A DNA stretch of 52,781 nt, from the IMG/VR virus record IMGVR_UViG_3300047201_000122, positions 1 through 52,781 of that record. One strand, written 5' to 3'. The first letter of the stretch is position 1. Every line of letters begins with the position of its first letter. This stretch comes from a virus (Duplodnaviria; Caudoviricetes). Under the pieces are notes generated by a model, which was not told the origin of the DNA, did not search any database, and saw nothing but the letters and a program-made list of their open reading frames with translations. The position numbers and the translations under genes are program-made. Below, piece by piece: positions 18,807 to 27,705 of the stretch.

Positions 18807-19472
18807 ATGATTATCTGGAAAAAGAAATTAATAAAATGTTGTAGATGTCATAAAGATTATTCCTTTGATAATAATTTATTTTATTATTTACAAGAGTATA
18901 TTTTGATTTGTCCTAAATGTAATTTGATGCATAAGGTTGATATAAAATTATTAGATGATAAATATAAAGAATTAAAAAAGATAGATAGATTAAATTTGGC
19001 TGCTATTGATATAGGTAGTGCGGCTATTAATGGGGATTTCAGACAAGGTAGTGGTTATACTTATGTAAATGCAAACAATCCTGCAAATGATACTGGTAAA
19101 ATAACTTCAGTAGAGATTTGGGCTGAGTCGAATATGAGTAAGGTTGAAGTTGCTATCTTTTATATAGTGTCAGGTAATACTCTTTCTACCCGTAGTTATA
19201 CTTCCATTGGTTCTGTAACTAGTGGATCAAAGCAAACCTTTCCTGTTAACCTTGATGTGGTTGCTGGGAATTATATCGGGGTGTATTTTACTTCGGGGTG
19301 GATAGAGGTAAATCAAGATGCAAGTACTGGTCTCTGGTGGAAAGTAGATGATCAAATACCTTGCACAAATGCTAATTTTACAGTGACTGCCCATCTTTCT
19401 CTGAGTCTTTATGGCACAGGGGCAACTGCAGAAGTAGGTGGCAATGCGATTATGATGGGAACTAATTTTTAG
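18807..19472 (+). CDS. Putative receptor-binding/adhesin protein with N-terminal Zn ribbon
   Basis: CCRC...CPKC, then a beta-rich domain (LDVVAGNYIGVY). Confidence 0.45.
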   Translation: MIIWKKKLIKCCRCHKDYSFDNNLFYYLQEYILICPKCNLMHKVDIKLLDDKYKELKKIDRLNLAAIDIGSAAINGDFRQGSGYTYVNANNPANDTGKITSVEIWAESNMSKVEVAIFYIVSGNTLSTRSYTSIGSVTSGSKQTFPVNLDVVAGNYIGVYFTSGWIEVNQDASTGLWWKVDDQIPCTNANFTVTAHLSLSLYGTGATAEVGGNAIMMGTNF

Positions 19473-19485
19473 ATGAGGAATCTCA

Positions 19486-20844
19486 ATGTTTAATAGAAAT
19501 TATTTTAACCGAAGCCTATTTAATAGAGGTAACATAGTTTTAGGAGAAACCAAAGAAGCTATTTCTGTTTATTTCTTGCAGACTGATATATCTGGAACAT
19601 TAAGCAAGGGGAAGATTAAAGAAAGGGCATCGGTTTATTCCTTATCTACTTTAATAATTGGAATATTATCTAAAGGAAAGATAAGTGAAACTTTCTCAAT
19701 TTATTCTTTAACTTCTCTTATTAATGGTGAACTGTTAAAAGGTAAAACCGAAAATGCTTTATCAACTTACAATTTAGAAACTTCAATATTAGGAATATTA
19801 GCAAAGGGAAAAATTGAAAGTATTTCTTCTATCTTCAATCTGGAAACTTCAATATCAGGATTATTATATAATAAATTCTTAACTTTATCGATTTATTCCT
19901 TGATGACTTCTATAATCGGGGAATTGAATAAAGGGAAAATAGAAAATGCCTCTTCTATATTTGATTTAAAAACTTTGTTATCGGGAGCTTTATCTAAAGG
20001 TAATATAGAAGAGGCGATTTCTGCTTTTAATTTACAAACCTCAATTTCAGGTGAATTGGCTAAGGGTAAGATAGGGGAAGTTTCTTCAATTTATAATCTG
20101 GCTTCCCTAATCGGTGGAGAATTATCGAAGGGAAAGATAGAGGATGCTTTATCGATTTATGGCCTACAGACAATAATATCTGGAATACTCATCAAAGGAA
20201 AGATTGAGAATGCAATTTCTGCTTACCAATTATCTACTCAATTATTAGGAATATTAAATAAGGGCAAGATAGAAATTGTTTCAACAATTATTAATATAAC
20301 TTCTAATCTTTCAGGAACGTTGGCCAGAGGAGAAATAGAACAAGCGAGCTCCAATTATCAATTAGTTACTAATATAATTGGATTATTAAATAAAGGTAGG
20401 ATTGAAGAAACTTCTCAAGATATAGATTTATATACTAATATTGAAGGAGAATTAAGTAAGGGTAAAATTAAAGAAACTTCCGAAACTATATTTATCTATA
20501 CTAATATAGAAGGAATATTAGCCAGAGAGGCCAGGGAAACTTCCACCACCTATGAATTAATATCTGAAATTTTGGGACAGTTATCAAAAGGGAAAATAGA
20601 AGAAGCGAGCAGTCAGTTTATTATGGCAACTGATATTATAGGAGCTATTGCGAGAAAGCAACTTACCAAAGAAGCTTCTAGTATAATAGAATTAGAAACT
20701 AATATAAACGGAGTTTTGAGAAAGTTCTTTTTCTCTCAAGCAACTTTGGATATAATCAGAAATGAGAGTGAGTTGGCAATTATCAGAAATGAGAGTGAGT
20801 TGGCAATTATCAGAAATGAGAGTGAGTTGGCAATTATCAGATAA
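19486..20844 (+). CDS. Repeat-rich fibre protein (~22-aa KGKIE..SS...L.T.I.G.L repeats)
   Basis: MFNRNYFNRSLFN N-terminus; many degenerate repeats; ends with IRNESELAI x3. Confidence 0.6.
   Translation: MFNRNYFNRSLFNRGNIVLGETKEAISVYFLQTDISGTLSKGKIKERASVYSLSTLIIGILSKGKISETFSIYSLTSLINGELLKGKTENALSTYNLETSILGILAKGKIESISSIFNLETSISGLLYNKFLTLSIYSLMTSIIGELNKGKIENASSIFDLKTLLSGALSKGNIEEAISAFNLQTSISGELAKGKIGEVSSIYNLASLIGGELSKGKIEDALSIYGLQTIISGILIKGKIENAISAYQLSTQLLGILNKGKIEIVSTIINITSNLSGTLARGEIEQASSNYQLVTNIIGLLNKGRIEETSQDIDLYTNIEGELSKGKIKETSETIFIYTNIEGILAREARETSTTYELISEILGQLSKGKIEEASSQFIMATDIIGAIARKQLTKEASSIIELETNINGVLRKFFFSQATLDIIRNESELAIIRNESELAIIRNESELAIIR
20755..20841 (+). repeat. Perfect 27-bp tandem repeat, 3.2 copies
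   Basis: ATCAGAAATGAGAGTGAGTTGGCAATT at 20755, 20782 and 20809, plus a partial copy. Confidence 0.95.
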
Positions 20845-20860
20845 AGAAGGTAATAATAAT

Positions 20861-20889
20861 TTGATAAAAATATCTTTATATGATATAAT
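20861..20889 (+). promoter_or_regulatory. Sigma70 promoter for HNH family B unit 1
   Basis: TTGATA-17-TATAAT with extended TGn. Confidence 0.8.
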
Positions 20890-20902
20890 TTTATTAAAGA
20901 AA

Positions 20903-21009
20903 TGGAACGGAAATAAAGTCGATTTTCCAAAATATATAAATGGGGAATTAAGAGATATTAAGAATATACCTTCGACTGTATATTTTCCGTTCCACTCTTG
21001 ATTCCCTAT
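20903..21009 (+). ncRNA. Interleaved A-B-A'-B' leader RNA, copy 1
   Basis: TGGAACGGAAA/TTTCCGTTCCA plus AGTCGA/TCGACT; ATGGGGAATTAAGAG/CTCTTGATTCCCTAT. Confidence 0.7.
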
Positions 21010-21031
21010 TTTATTTATTAAGGAGAATTTT

Positions 21032-21763
21032 ATGTTTGATAAGAAAAAATATATGAAGAAATATCGAAAAGATAAAAAAGGACATATTAAGAAATATAAT
21101 AAAAAATATCATAAAGAATATAGTAAAAAGAATAGAGATAAATTAACACAAGATTGTAAACAATGGCGTAAAGATAATCCCGAAAAAGTAAAGAAAATAA
21201 ATCAAAAATGTTATAGAAATCATATCGAAGAACGAAGGGAATATGGTAGACAATATTCTCAAAATAATATTGATTATTATAGAGAAGGTATTAAACAATG
21301 GAGGAAAAATAATCCTGAAAGGATAAAAAAATTGAGAGAAAATTGGTTTAAAAGTCATCCTAATTTTATGAAACAATATTGTAAAATAAAACGAAGAATA
21401 GATTTAAAATATAATCTTAATAATAAAATGCGTTTAGCAATATGGCAATCTCTAAAAGGCAATAAAAATAATAGGCATTGGGAAGGTTTAGTTAATTATA
21501 AATTAATTGAGTTGATTAAACATCTTAAATCTACAATTCCAGAATATTATACTTGGCAGGATTTTTTAAATAATAAATTACATATAGACCATATTATACC
21601 TATATCTGTTTTTAATTTTGATAAACCAGAGAATCCTGATTTTAAGAAATGCTGGGCATTAAATAATTTAAGATTATTACCAGCAAAAGAAAATCATATA
21701 AAATATAATAAATTGATTAGACCTTTCCAACCAGCATTAAAATTATTAAATATATCGAGGTGA
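21032..21763 (+). CDS. HNH-type endonuclease, family B
   Basis: DLKYNL...SLKGNKNNRHWEGLV...LHIDHIIPISVFNF...CWALNNLRLLPAKEN. Confidence 0.85.
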   Translation: MFDKKKYMKKYRKDKKGHIKKYNKKYHKEYSKKNRDKLTQDCKQWRKDNPEKVKKINQKCYRNHIEERREYGRQYSQNNIDYYREGIKQWRKNNPERIKKLRENWFKSHPNFMKQYCKIKRRIDLKYNLNNKMRLAIWQSLKGNKNNRHWEGLVNYKLIELIKHLKSTIPEYYTWQDFLNNKLHIDHIIPISVFNFDKPENPDFKKCWALNNLRLLPAKENHIKYNKLIRPFQPALKLLNISR

Positions 21764-22071
21764 TTAAAATGGAAAAATATTTAATCGGAGATAAAATAAG
21801 ATTTACTGCTTCCATTGTTAAATTAGGAAGCGTAGAACCAGATATTCCTGATGTAGTAACTATTAGTGTTTATCAAGCGGATGGGACTATTTTGTTAAAT
21901 AAAGCAAATGCAAGTTTAACAAATACACCGGGAAATTATTACTATGATTGGGTTATAGAAAGTTTATCAGAAACAATTCCATTGATTAAAAACTCCCAAT
22001 TAATTGTTTTATGGGATTGGTCTGGCTCACAAAAGAAAAAAATGAACTTTACAGTTGAACCAGTAGTATAA
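21760..22071 (+). CDS. Small Ig-like virion protein (end of tail-fibre block)
   Basis: YLIGDKIRFTASI...PGNYYYDW beta pattern. Confidence 0.5.
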   Translation: MIKMEKYLIGDKIRFTASIVKLGSVEPDIPDVVTISVYQADGTILLNKANASLTNTPGNYYYDWVIESLSETIPLIKNSQLIVLWDWSGSQKKKMNFTVEPVV

Positions 22072-22178
22072 AGAAAAAATATATATTATCTTATCCTTAT
22101 ATTTATCTGCAAGAATCTGCAACTTAAAGGGTTGTAGTCGCACTTTGCGTTAGTGAAATTCATTTTAATACCTCCTTT

Positions 22179-22211
22179 AAAAAAGCCTTCAGGTAAATGA
22201 GGGCTTTTTTT
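22179..22211. terminator. Bidirectional intrinsic terminator
   Basis: AAAAAAGCCTTCA-GGTAAA-TGAGGGCTTTTTTT between convergent genes. Confidence 0.85.
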
Positions 22212-22220
22212 ATGAATGAT

Positions 22221-22538
22221 TTATTTCTCAAAATAGAATTTTACAAAATGTATTTTTACTCTAAAATGTTTTAAATAAAGTTTAACCGCAGTATTATATT
22301 CTGGTAGATTGGATATTTTTTTCCTATATTGCTCAACACTAAGAGCACCTTTTGTAAAATTACAAAACGAGCAGGATGGCATTAGGTTATCAATATTACC
22401 TTTACCTCTATGAGATTTAGGAATAATATGGTCTACATTAAAATCTTCTAAATTGAGGGCATCCCCACAATAACAACATTTCCCAGAAAATTTTTCATAA
22501 ACCATTTTACGTTTATTTTTGCTTATAGATGGCATCAC
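22221..22538 (-). CDS. Minimal HNH endonuclease (the only clear minus-strand gene)
   Basis: RKMVYEKFSGKCCYCG...VDHIIPKSHRGKGNIDNLMPSCSFCNFTKG. Confidence 0.9.
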   Translation of the reverse strand: MMPSISKNKRKMVYEKFSGKCCYCGDALNLEDFNVDHIIPKSHRGKGNIDNLMPSCSFCNFTKGALSVEQYRKKISNLPEYNTAVKLYLKHFRVKIHFVKFYFEK

Positions 22539-22564
22539 TAATTCCTTCTAATTCTTTATTAAGA

Positions 22565-22593
22565 ATTATATCATTAAAAGTGCTATAACTCAA
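22565..22593 (-). promoter_or_regulatory. Sigma70 promoter for the minus-strand HNH
   Basis: Reverse complement TTGAGT-17-TATAAT with TGn. Confidence 0.7.
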
Positions 22594-22617
22594 ATAGATA
22601 AACGATTGTAATGGCTT

Positions 22618-22700
22618 GCATACCCTTAGCATACCTTTACAGTAAAGAATAAGAAGAATAATAATAATAACAATAATAGTAATAATAACAATAATAAGTA
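22618..22700. repeat. GCATACC(C)TT direct repeat followed by an AAT/AAC/AAG microsatellite (ori-like)
   Basis: gcatacccttagcataccttt then aagaataagaagaataataataataacaataatagtaataataacaataataag. Confidence 0.6.
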
Positions 22701-22710
22701 AAATTTTTTA

Positions 22711-22739
22711 TTTACTATTCTCTTTTTATATGTTATAAT
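22711..22739 (+). promoter_or_regulatory. Sigma70 promoter for the HNH family B gene at 22770
   Basis: TTTACT-17-TATAAT with TGn. Confidence 0.7.
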
Positions 22740-22769
22740 AATAAATAAGAATAAGAAAGGAGAATAGTT

Positions 22770-23492
22770 ATGAGTTATGAAAATAAAATAAAAGAGAAAT
22801 TATACCAACAGGAATATCATAAAAATAATCCTAAAAAACTTAAAAGATATATCGAAAAATTTTATAAAATACATCCCAAGAAGAATGCTGAATATCAACG
22901 AAAATTTCAGTTATTAAATAAAGGATATGGAAAAAAATATCAAGAAAAATTCCATAGAGAACATCCCGAGAAAAATGCCGAATATCAGCGAAAATTTTAC
23001 AAACAAAATAAAAATAAAATAAAAATATATATGGAAAAGTATCGTAAGGATAATAAAGAAATTTTAAATAGATATTCTAATCAATATCGAAAAAACAATA
23101 AAGAAAAACAAAATAAACGTGCAAGAAATAGAAGAAGAATAGATTTAAAATATAATCTTGATAATAGAATAAGAGTAGCAATATGGCAATCTTTAAAAGG
23201 GAATAAAAATGGTAGACATTGGGAAGGTTTAGTTGGTTATTCCTTAAATGATTTAATGAAGCATTTAATAAAGACAATCCCTGAGGGATATATTTGGCAA
23301 GATTATTTCGAAGGTAAATTACATATTGACCATATAATACCTATTTCCGCTTTTAACTTCACTAAACCAGAACATATAGATTTTAAAAGATGTTGGGCTT
23401 TAAATAATTTAAGGTTGTTTCCAGCAAAAGAAAATCATATAAAATATAATAAATTAAATAAACCATTCCAACCTTCATTAAAAATCAGTTAA
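22770..23492 (+). CDS. HNH-type endonuclease, family B (no structured leader)
   Basis: Same C-terminal domain as 21032; HPxKNAEYQRKF internal repeats. Confidence 0.85.
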   Translation: MSYENKIKEKLYQQEYHKNNPKKLKRYIEKFYKIHPKKNAEYQRKFQLLNKGYGKKYQEKFHREHPEKNAEYQRKFYKQNKNKIKIYMEKYRKDNKEILNRYSNQYRKNNKEKQNKRARNRRRIDLKYNLDNRIRVAIWQSLKGNKNGRHWEGLVGYSLNDLMKHLIKTIPEGYIWQDYFEGKLHIDHIIPISAFNFTKPEHIDFKRCWALNNLRLFPAKENHIKYNKLNKPFQPSLKIS

Positions 23493-23611
23493 GATAATCC
23501 AAAAAATTATTTAAAAACCACCGAAATTAACAAAATATAAAAAGTAGTTTTAAACTTTATTTTTGAGCCATACATACCAACGGTTTCAAGCATTTTTTTT
23601 CACTCCAAAAC

Positions 23612-23640
23612 TTGACAGTTATAAATAAATTATATATAAT
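23612..23640 (+). promoter_or_regulatory. Consensus early promoter
   Basis: TTGACA-17-TATAAT. Confidence 0.9.
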
Positions 23641-23672
23641 ATTTACAATAGGATAAAGAAGGAGATGAAAAA

Positions 23673-24035
23673 ATGGACAAGTTTCAAAAAACACTCGACA
23701 CAAATCACGGAGTCAGTCTTTTAAAATTCAAATATAACGGAACAGAGTTTGATGTAAGAAGCACCGACCATTCTATTTCAAGATTTATAGAAAACGGTAT
23801 AGATGTAGATGCAGCGGTAGGCAGCATAGTTGCACTCGGAAAAGAAAGACTTTACAGATTTGCAAAAGAAAATAGTGATGTGGCAATCATAGACAGAGAA
23901 CATGGTATAGTGACCATTATTACTTTCGAAAGTAACCAGATAAGAATAAGAACTATAATTCCAAATTCAAATGCCTTCATTAAATCAGGAACAAAAATAT
24001 ATAATCTAAATCAAAAGAGTTTTGGAAGGAGATAA
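23673..24035 (+). CDS. Hypothetical early protein, possible RelE/BrnT-like RNase fold
   Basis: STDHSISRFIENGID...IRIRTII pattern; strong SD. Confidence 0.4.
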   Translation: MDKFQKTLDTNHGVSLLKFKYNGTEFDVRSTDHSISRFIENGIDVDAAVGSIVALGKERLYRFAKENSDVAIIDREHGIVTIITFESNQIRIRTIIPNSNAFIKSGTKIYNLNQKSFGRR

Positions 24036-24038
24036 AAA

Positions 24039-24242
24039 ATGGGGATAAGAATAAGTCATAAAAGATTAAATGAGAAAGTAAATTGGTTTGAAGAAAAAAT
24101 CCATCATAGACAATTTTGGACTTGGTATGGATTGGATTATACTGAAATCCAAATCGATGGAGTAAGTACAATATTTCGAAATAATAAAGATGCTTATAAT
24201 TATTTAGATAATTATGGAAAATCGAAAGGAGATAAAAGATGA
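24039..24242 (+). CDS. Hypothetical protein
   Basis: GGAG SD; tightly packed in the operon. Confidence 0.6.
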   Translation: MGIRISHKRLNEKVNWFEEKIHHRQFWTWYGLDYTEIQIDGVSTIFRNNKDAYNYLDNYGKSKGDKR

Positions 24243-24422
24243 GAGCACTAAAGAATATAAACAAAAAAAGCAGAGAAGAGAAGGAAAGATTATTTAAAGA
24301 CAAGTTATCCTTTGATATATATAAATATACAAGGAAGTTATACAAGAGGAGACAAAAGGATAGGAAGTGTGATGCGGTCTAAAAACCGCTGGTGAAATAA
24401 AACAAGAAAGGAGTTTAAAAGA

Positions 24423-24665
24423 ATGAATAAGAAAGAAATTAAAATAGTCGTAGATGAGCTAAGAGCAAATAAAAGATATGGGACGGATACTAATATTCTG
24501 GATGGATGCGGGTTATCGGACTTCCCTAAAAGAAAAATGGTTAGGAAAGAAGTCATTGTGGATTTTCTACAATATCAATGTCGTTATCTGAATGGCGGTA
24601 TTGATGAAGAAGAATTAAGCAGTAATATCGAAACATTAAAAGTTAAGAAAGTTATAATGATATAA
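24423..24665 (+). CDS. Hypothetical protein
   Basis: AAGGAG SD. Confidence 0.6.
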   Translation: MNKKEIKIVVDELRANKRYGTDTNILDGCGLSDFPKRKMVRKEVIVDFLQYQCRYLNGGIDEEELSSNIETLKVKKVIMI

Positions 24666-24691
24666 GAAAGAAATAAAAGGAGGATTCTAAA

Positions 24692-24883
24692 ATGTTAAAA
24701 ATCAAAATTGAAACTGATAATGAAGCTTTTCAAAAAGGCAATAAAGAGATTGAACTTGTTAGATGTTTAAAAGATGTTATCGAATGGATTGAGATAGGCA
24801 GGGAAGAAAATCCAATATATGATTTAAACGGAAATAAAGTAGGATATTTTAAACTTCAAAATGATTATATCAGAAAATTATAA
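24692..24883 (+). CDS. Small conserved-type phage protein
   Basis: KIKIETDNEAF...IYDLNGNKVG pattern; AGGAGG SD. Confidence 0.65.
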   Translation: MLKIKIETDNEAFQKGNKEIELVRCLKDVIEWIEIGREENPIYDLNGNKVGYFKLQNDYIRKL

Positions 24884-24916
24884 TTAAGATTACTATTTAA
24901 GAAGGGGGTTTTTAAA

Positions 24917-25315
24917 ATGTTAGATGTAACAATATTAAGCGAAAAAAAGAGAAAAGAAAAATCACAAATGGGATATAAATATTTAATCCAAAATGAATAT
25001 GGACAAGGAGAAAATGCTTTCAGGACCAAAAATGGCTTTGTAAATTGGTTGAGAAAATGCAATTTAAGAATAGACCTTAATAATTTTTCAAAGTATAGAT
25101 GGATTATAAAAGGACAGAGAACTTTTAACATTATCGGAGAAGTAGAATTGATTTATAATATCAAAAAGAATGATATACCTAAAAATACAAAACCTATTGC
25201 CTGGCTATTGAATGGAAGTTACCGGATATGTTATGCAGAGAAATTAGATTATGGTTGTAAAATATACGCTCAGAATTATTCAGAGATTAAAACATTACCT
25301 TATAAATGGTATTAA
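24917..25315 (+). CDS. Hypothetical protein
   Basis: ORF with SD in the early operon. Confidence 0.6.
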   Translation: MLDVTILSEKKRKEKSQMGYKYLIQNEYGQGENAFRTKNGFVNWLRKCNLRIDLNNFSKYRWIIKGQRTFNIIGEVELIYNIKKNDIPKNTKPIAWLLNGSYRICYAEKLDYGCKIYAQNYSEIKTLPYKWY

Positions 25316-25330
25316 AAAGGAGATTAATAT

Positions 25331-25359
25331 TTGATAATTCCAAATAAATATGATATAAT
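25331..25359 (+). promoter_or_regulatory. Sigma70 promoter for HNH family B unit 2
   Basis: TTGATA-17-TATAAT with TGn. Confidence 0.8.
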
Positions 25360-25365
25360 TTAATA

Positions 25366-25459
25366 GGTAATAAGTGAGCAGTTTTTTTAGTTTATAAAAG
25401 GCACAAAGTAGGTTTAGGAATATTAACTGTTCCTTATTACCAACCGAAATGTGCCTTTT
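25366..25459 (+). ncRNA. Interleaved A-B-A'-B' leader RNA, copy 2 (loop-E motif)
   Basis: GGTAATAAG-T-GAGCAGTT/AACTGTTC-CTTATTACC; AAAAGGCACA-AAGTA-GGTT/AACC-GAAA-TGTGCCTTTT. Confidence 0.8.
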
Positions 25460-25475
25460 TTGTTAGGAGAAGATT

Positions 25476-26192
25476 ATGGAATTAAAACAATATTATATTA
25501 AATTAAAAAGAAAAATAAATGAGGCTGAAAAATATTATAAAGAATACCCTGATAAATTAACTCCAATATATAAAGAAAAACTTATAAAGGCAAAGGAAAG
25601 ATATAATAAGGAATATCTTAAACTTAATGGGGATAAAAAAAGAAAAGCGGCAAAAATATATCGAAATGAACATAAAAAAGATATAAAAGAGAAAAATAAA
25701 AAATATTGGAAAGAACATCTTAAAGAAAGACATGAAAATAGTAAAAGATATTATAATAAAAATTATGAAAAAATACATAAATGGCAAATGGAGTATGCGA
25801 AAAATAGACACAAAACAGATTTAAAATATAATCTTAGGATGAAAATAAGTAAAGCAATAAATCAATCTCTAAGATATTGTAAAAAAGTTAAAAGTAATAA
25901 AAATGGTAGACATTGGGAAGACCTTGTAGGTTATAAACTAAACGATTTAATTATTAGATTATTATCTACTATGCCAGAAGGTTATACTTGGGAAGACGTT
26001 AAAAGGGGAGAATTGCATATAGACCATATCATACCTATAAGTGTATTTAATTTTACTAAACCAGAGCATATAGATTTTAAGAGATGTTGGGAATTGGAAA
26101 ATTTGCGGTTATTATCCAAAAAAGATAATTTGATAAAAAATGCTAAATTAACAAAACCATTCCAACCATCATTATTATTAGAAGAATTATAA
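25476..26192 (+). CDS. HNH-type endonuclease, family B
   Basis: RHWEDLVGY...LHIDHIIPISVFNFTKPEHIDFKRCWELENLRLL. Confidence 0.85.
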   Translation: MELKQYYIKLKRKINEAEKYYKEYPDKLTPIYKEKLIKAKERYNKEYLKLNGDKKRKAAKIYRNEHKKDIKEKNKKYWKEHLKERHENSKRYYNKNYEKIHKWQMEYAKNRHKTDLKYNLRMKISKAINQSLRYCKKVKSNKNGRHWEDLVGYKLNDLIIRLLSTMPEGYTWEDVKRGELHIDHIIPISVFNFTKPEHIDFKRCWELENLRLLSKKDNLIKNAKLTKPFQPSLLLEEL

Positions 26193-26513
26193 ATAATATC
26201 AAAAAGTTGCTTATGATTATACCTCTAAAGGAAAGAAACGCATCCTGGAGCGTCCTACGACATCGATATTTTTCTAAAATTGAATAAAATGTATATGTAT
26301 CAACGATTTCAAGTAAAATTCGCTTTTTCGGATTATGTATAGATATATCTTGGCAAGTATTTTGAGGGATGAAAACCTCTTCTAAGGGCAAAATTATAGC
26401 AATTAGGGGATATTTGGAAATGAATTTAATATTAATCGGAGATAATCTTGTTAGGGTTGATATTAAAACTAAATTAATACACCTTATCAGAAACAATTAA
26501 GAGAGGAGATTGA

Positions 26514-26927
26514 ATGAAAGTTATCAACGAAACGGATTATGATACTAAAGAATTAAAAGAATTATTTACGAGATGTTGCCAGGAGAAGTTAAGCGATCAT
26601 AACAAGTTGCTGGTAAAAGTTAGATACACTACAAGTAGATTTATCTTAGGATGGGCGTGGACAAAGATTGAGATAGCATTACCTAAAAAATATTTAGATA
26701 TAGATTTTATAAAGAAGAGATGGAGAGATACTTATGAAAACCATTTAATATTTTTAAATTTTAATCGAGTTTTAGCTTTTGTGTTTATACACGAAACCTT
26801 TCATATTCTTCATCAGCATCATAGTGATATGAGAGGAAGTTATTATAGCGGTTGGAATAAATTCCTTGCAAATTCAAGTAGATTAAGTTTCGCTGATAGT
26901 TTTAATATCTTAAAGAAAGGAGATTAA
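26514..26927 (+). CDS. Hypothetical protein with HExxH (metallopeptidase-like)
   Basis: FVFIHETFH. Confidence 0.5.
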   Translation: MKVINETDYDTKELKELFTRCCQEKLSDHNKLLVKVRYTTSRFILGWAWTKIEIALPKKYLDIDFIKKRWRDTYENHLIFLNFNRVLAFVFIHETFHILHQHHSDMRGSYYSGWNKFLANSSRLSFADSFNILKKGD

Positions 26928-27141
26928 AATGGATATAATTAAAAAAGATAATTACGCACCATTTAATGAAAGCAGAATAAATTTTATACAGTTTGCAAGA
27001 GAAGTAGAACATTATACCGGTTGTAAACAAAATAGAAGCAGGTTAAAATTTAGGTTACTTGACCATCAGAATATATTCACCACTGAATTCACTTATTTCC
27101 TTAAAATATAATAAACAATAATTATATGAGGTAAAAAATAA

Positions 27142-27705
27142 ATGTCAAAATTAATAGATATAACAGGGCAAAAGTTTGGGAGATTAACGGTAATTAGAAG
27201 AGAACCTAACGATAAGTGGGAAAATACAAGATGGTTGTGTAAATGTTCTTGTGGCAAAAGCAAAATTATTTTGGTAACAAGTTTAACAAGTGGAGCTACT
27301 AAAAGTTGTGGTTGTTTACAAAAAGAAATTATAGGGAATATCAGAAGATTAAAATCGGGACTTTCCACCATAAGAGCGATAATAAATAATTATAAAGGTG
27401 GAGCAAGAAGTAGAGGATATAATTTTAATTTAACAGAAAAACAATTTATTGAATTAACACAAAAAGATTGTTTCTATTGTGGAACAAAACCAAATACTAT
27501 AGCTAAATGGGGACATTGTTATGGAGAATATATTTATAATGGATTAGATAGAATAGAAAACAATAAAGGATATACGATAGATAATGTCGTTCCTTGTTGT
27601 TTTGTTTGTAATCGAGCAAAAGATACAATGACATTACAAGAATTTCAAAATTGGATTAAGAAAGTTTATAGTAAAACGTTTACTAAAAAAGGAGAAATAA
27701 AATGA
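27142..27705 (+). CDS. HNH-type homing endonuclease, family C
   Basis: DITGQKFGRLTV...CKCSCG...SCGCL; GLDRIENNKGYTIDNVVPCCFVCN; paralog of 15616. Confidence 0.85.
   Translation: MSKLIDITGQKFGRLTVIRREPNDKWENTRWLCKCSCGKSKIILVTSLTSGATKSCGCLQKEIIGNIRRLKSGLSTIRAIINNYKGGARSRGYNFNLTEKQFIELTQKDCFYCGTKPNTIAKWGHCYGEYIYNGLDRIENNKGYTIDNVVPCCFVCNRAKDTMTLQEFQNWIKKVYSKTFTKKGEIK

Noticed and set aside
20755-20841. Possible CRISPR or guide-RNA array
   Set aside because: The units abut with no spacers and are in-frame coding sequence; no cas or Nop-domain gene is present.
20762-21001. 79-aa ORF MRVSWQLSE x3
   Set aside because: It is an alternative frame of the 27-bp repeat running through a promoter and structured leader.
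26195-26510. ~300-bp intergenic stretch with short inverted repeats (ACGC/GCGT, GAGG/CCTC)
   Set aside because: The stems are too short to distinguish from chance by eye, and I found no second copy.
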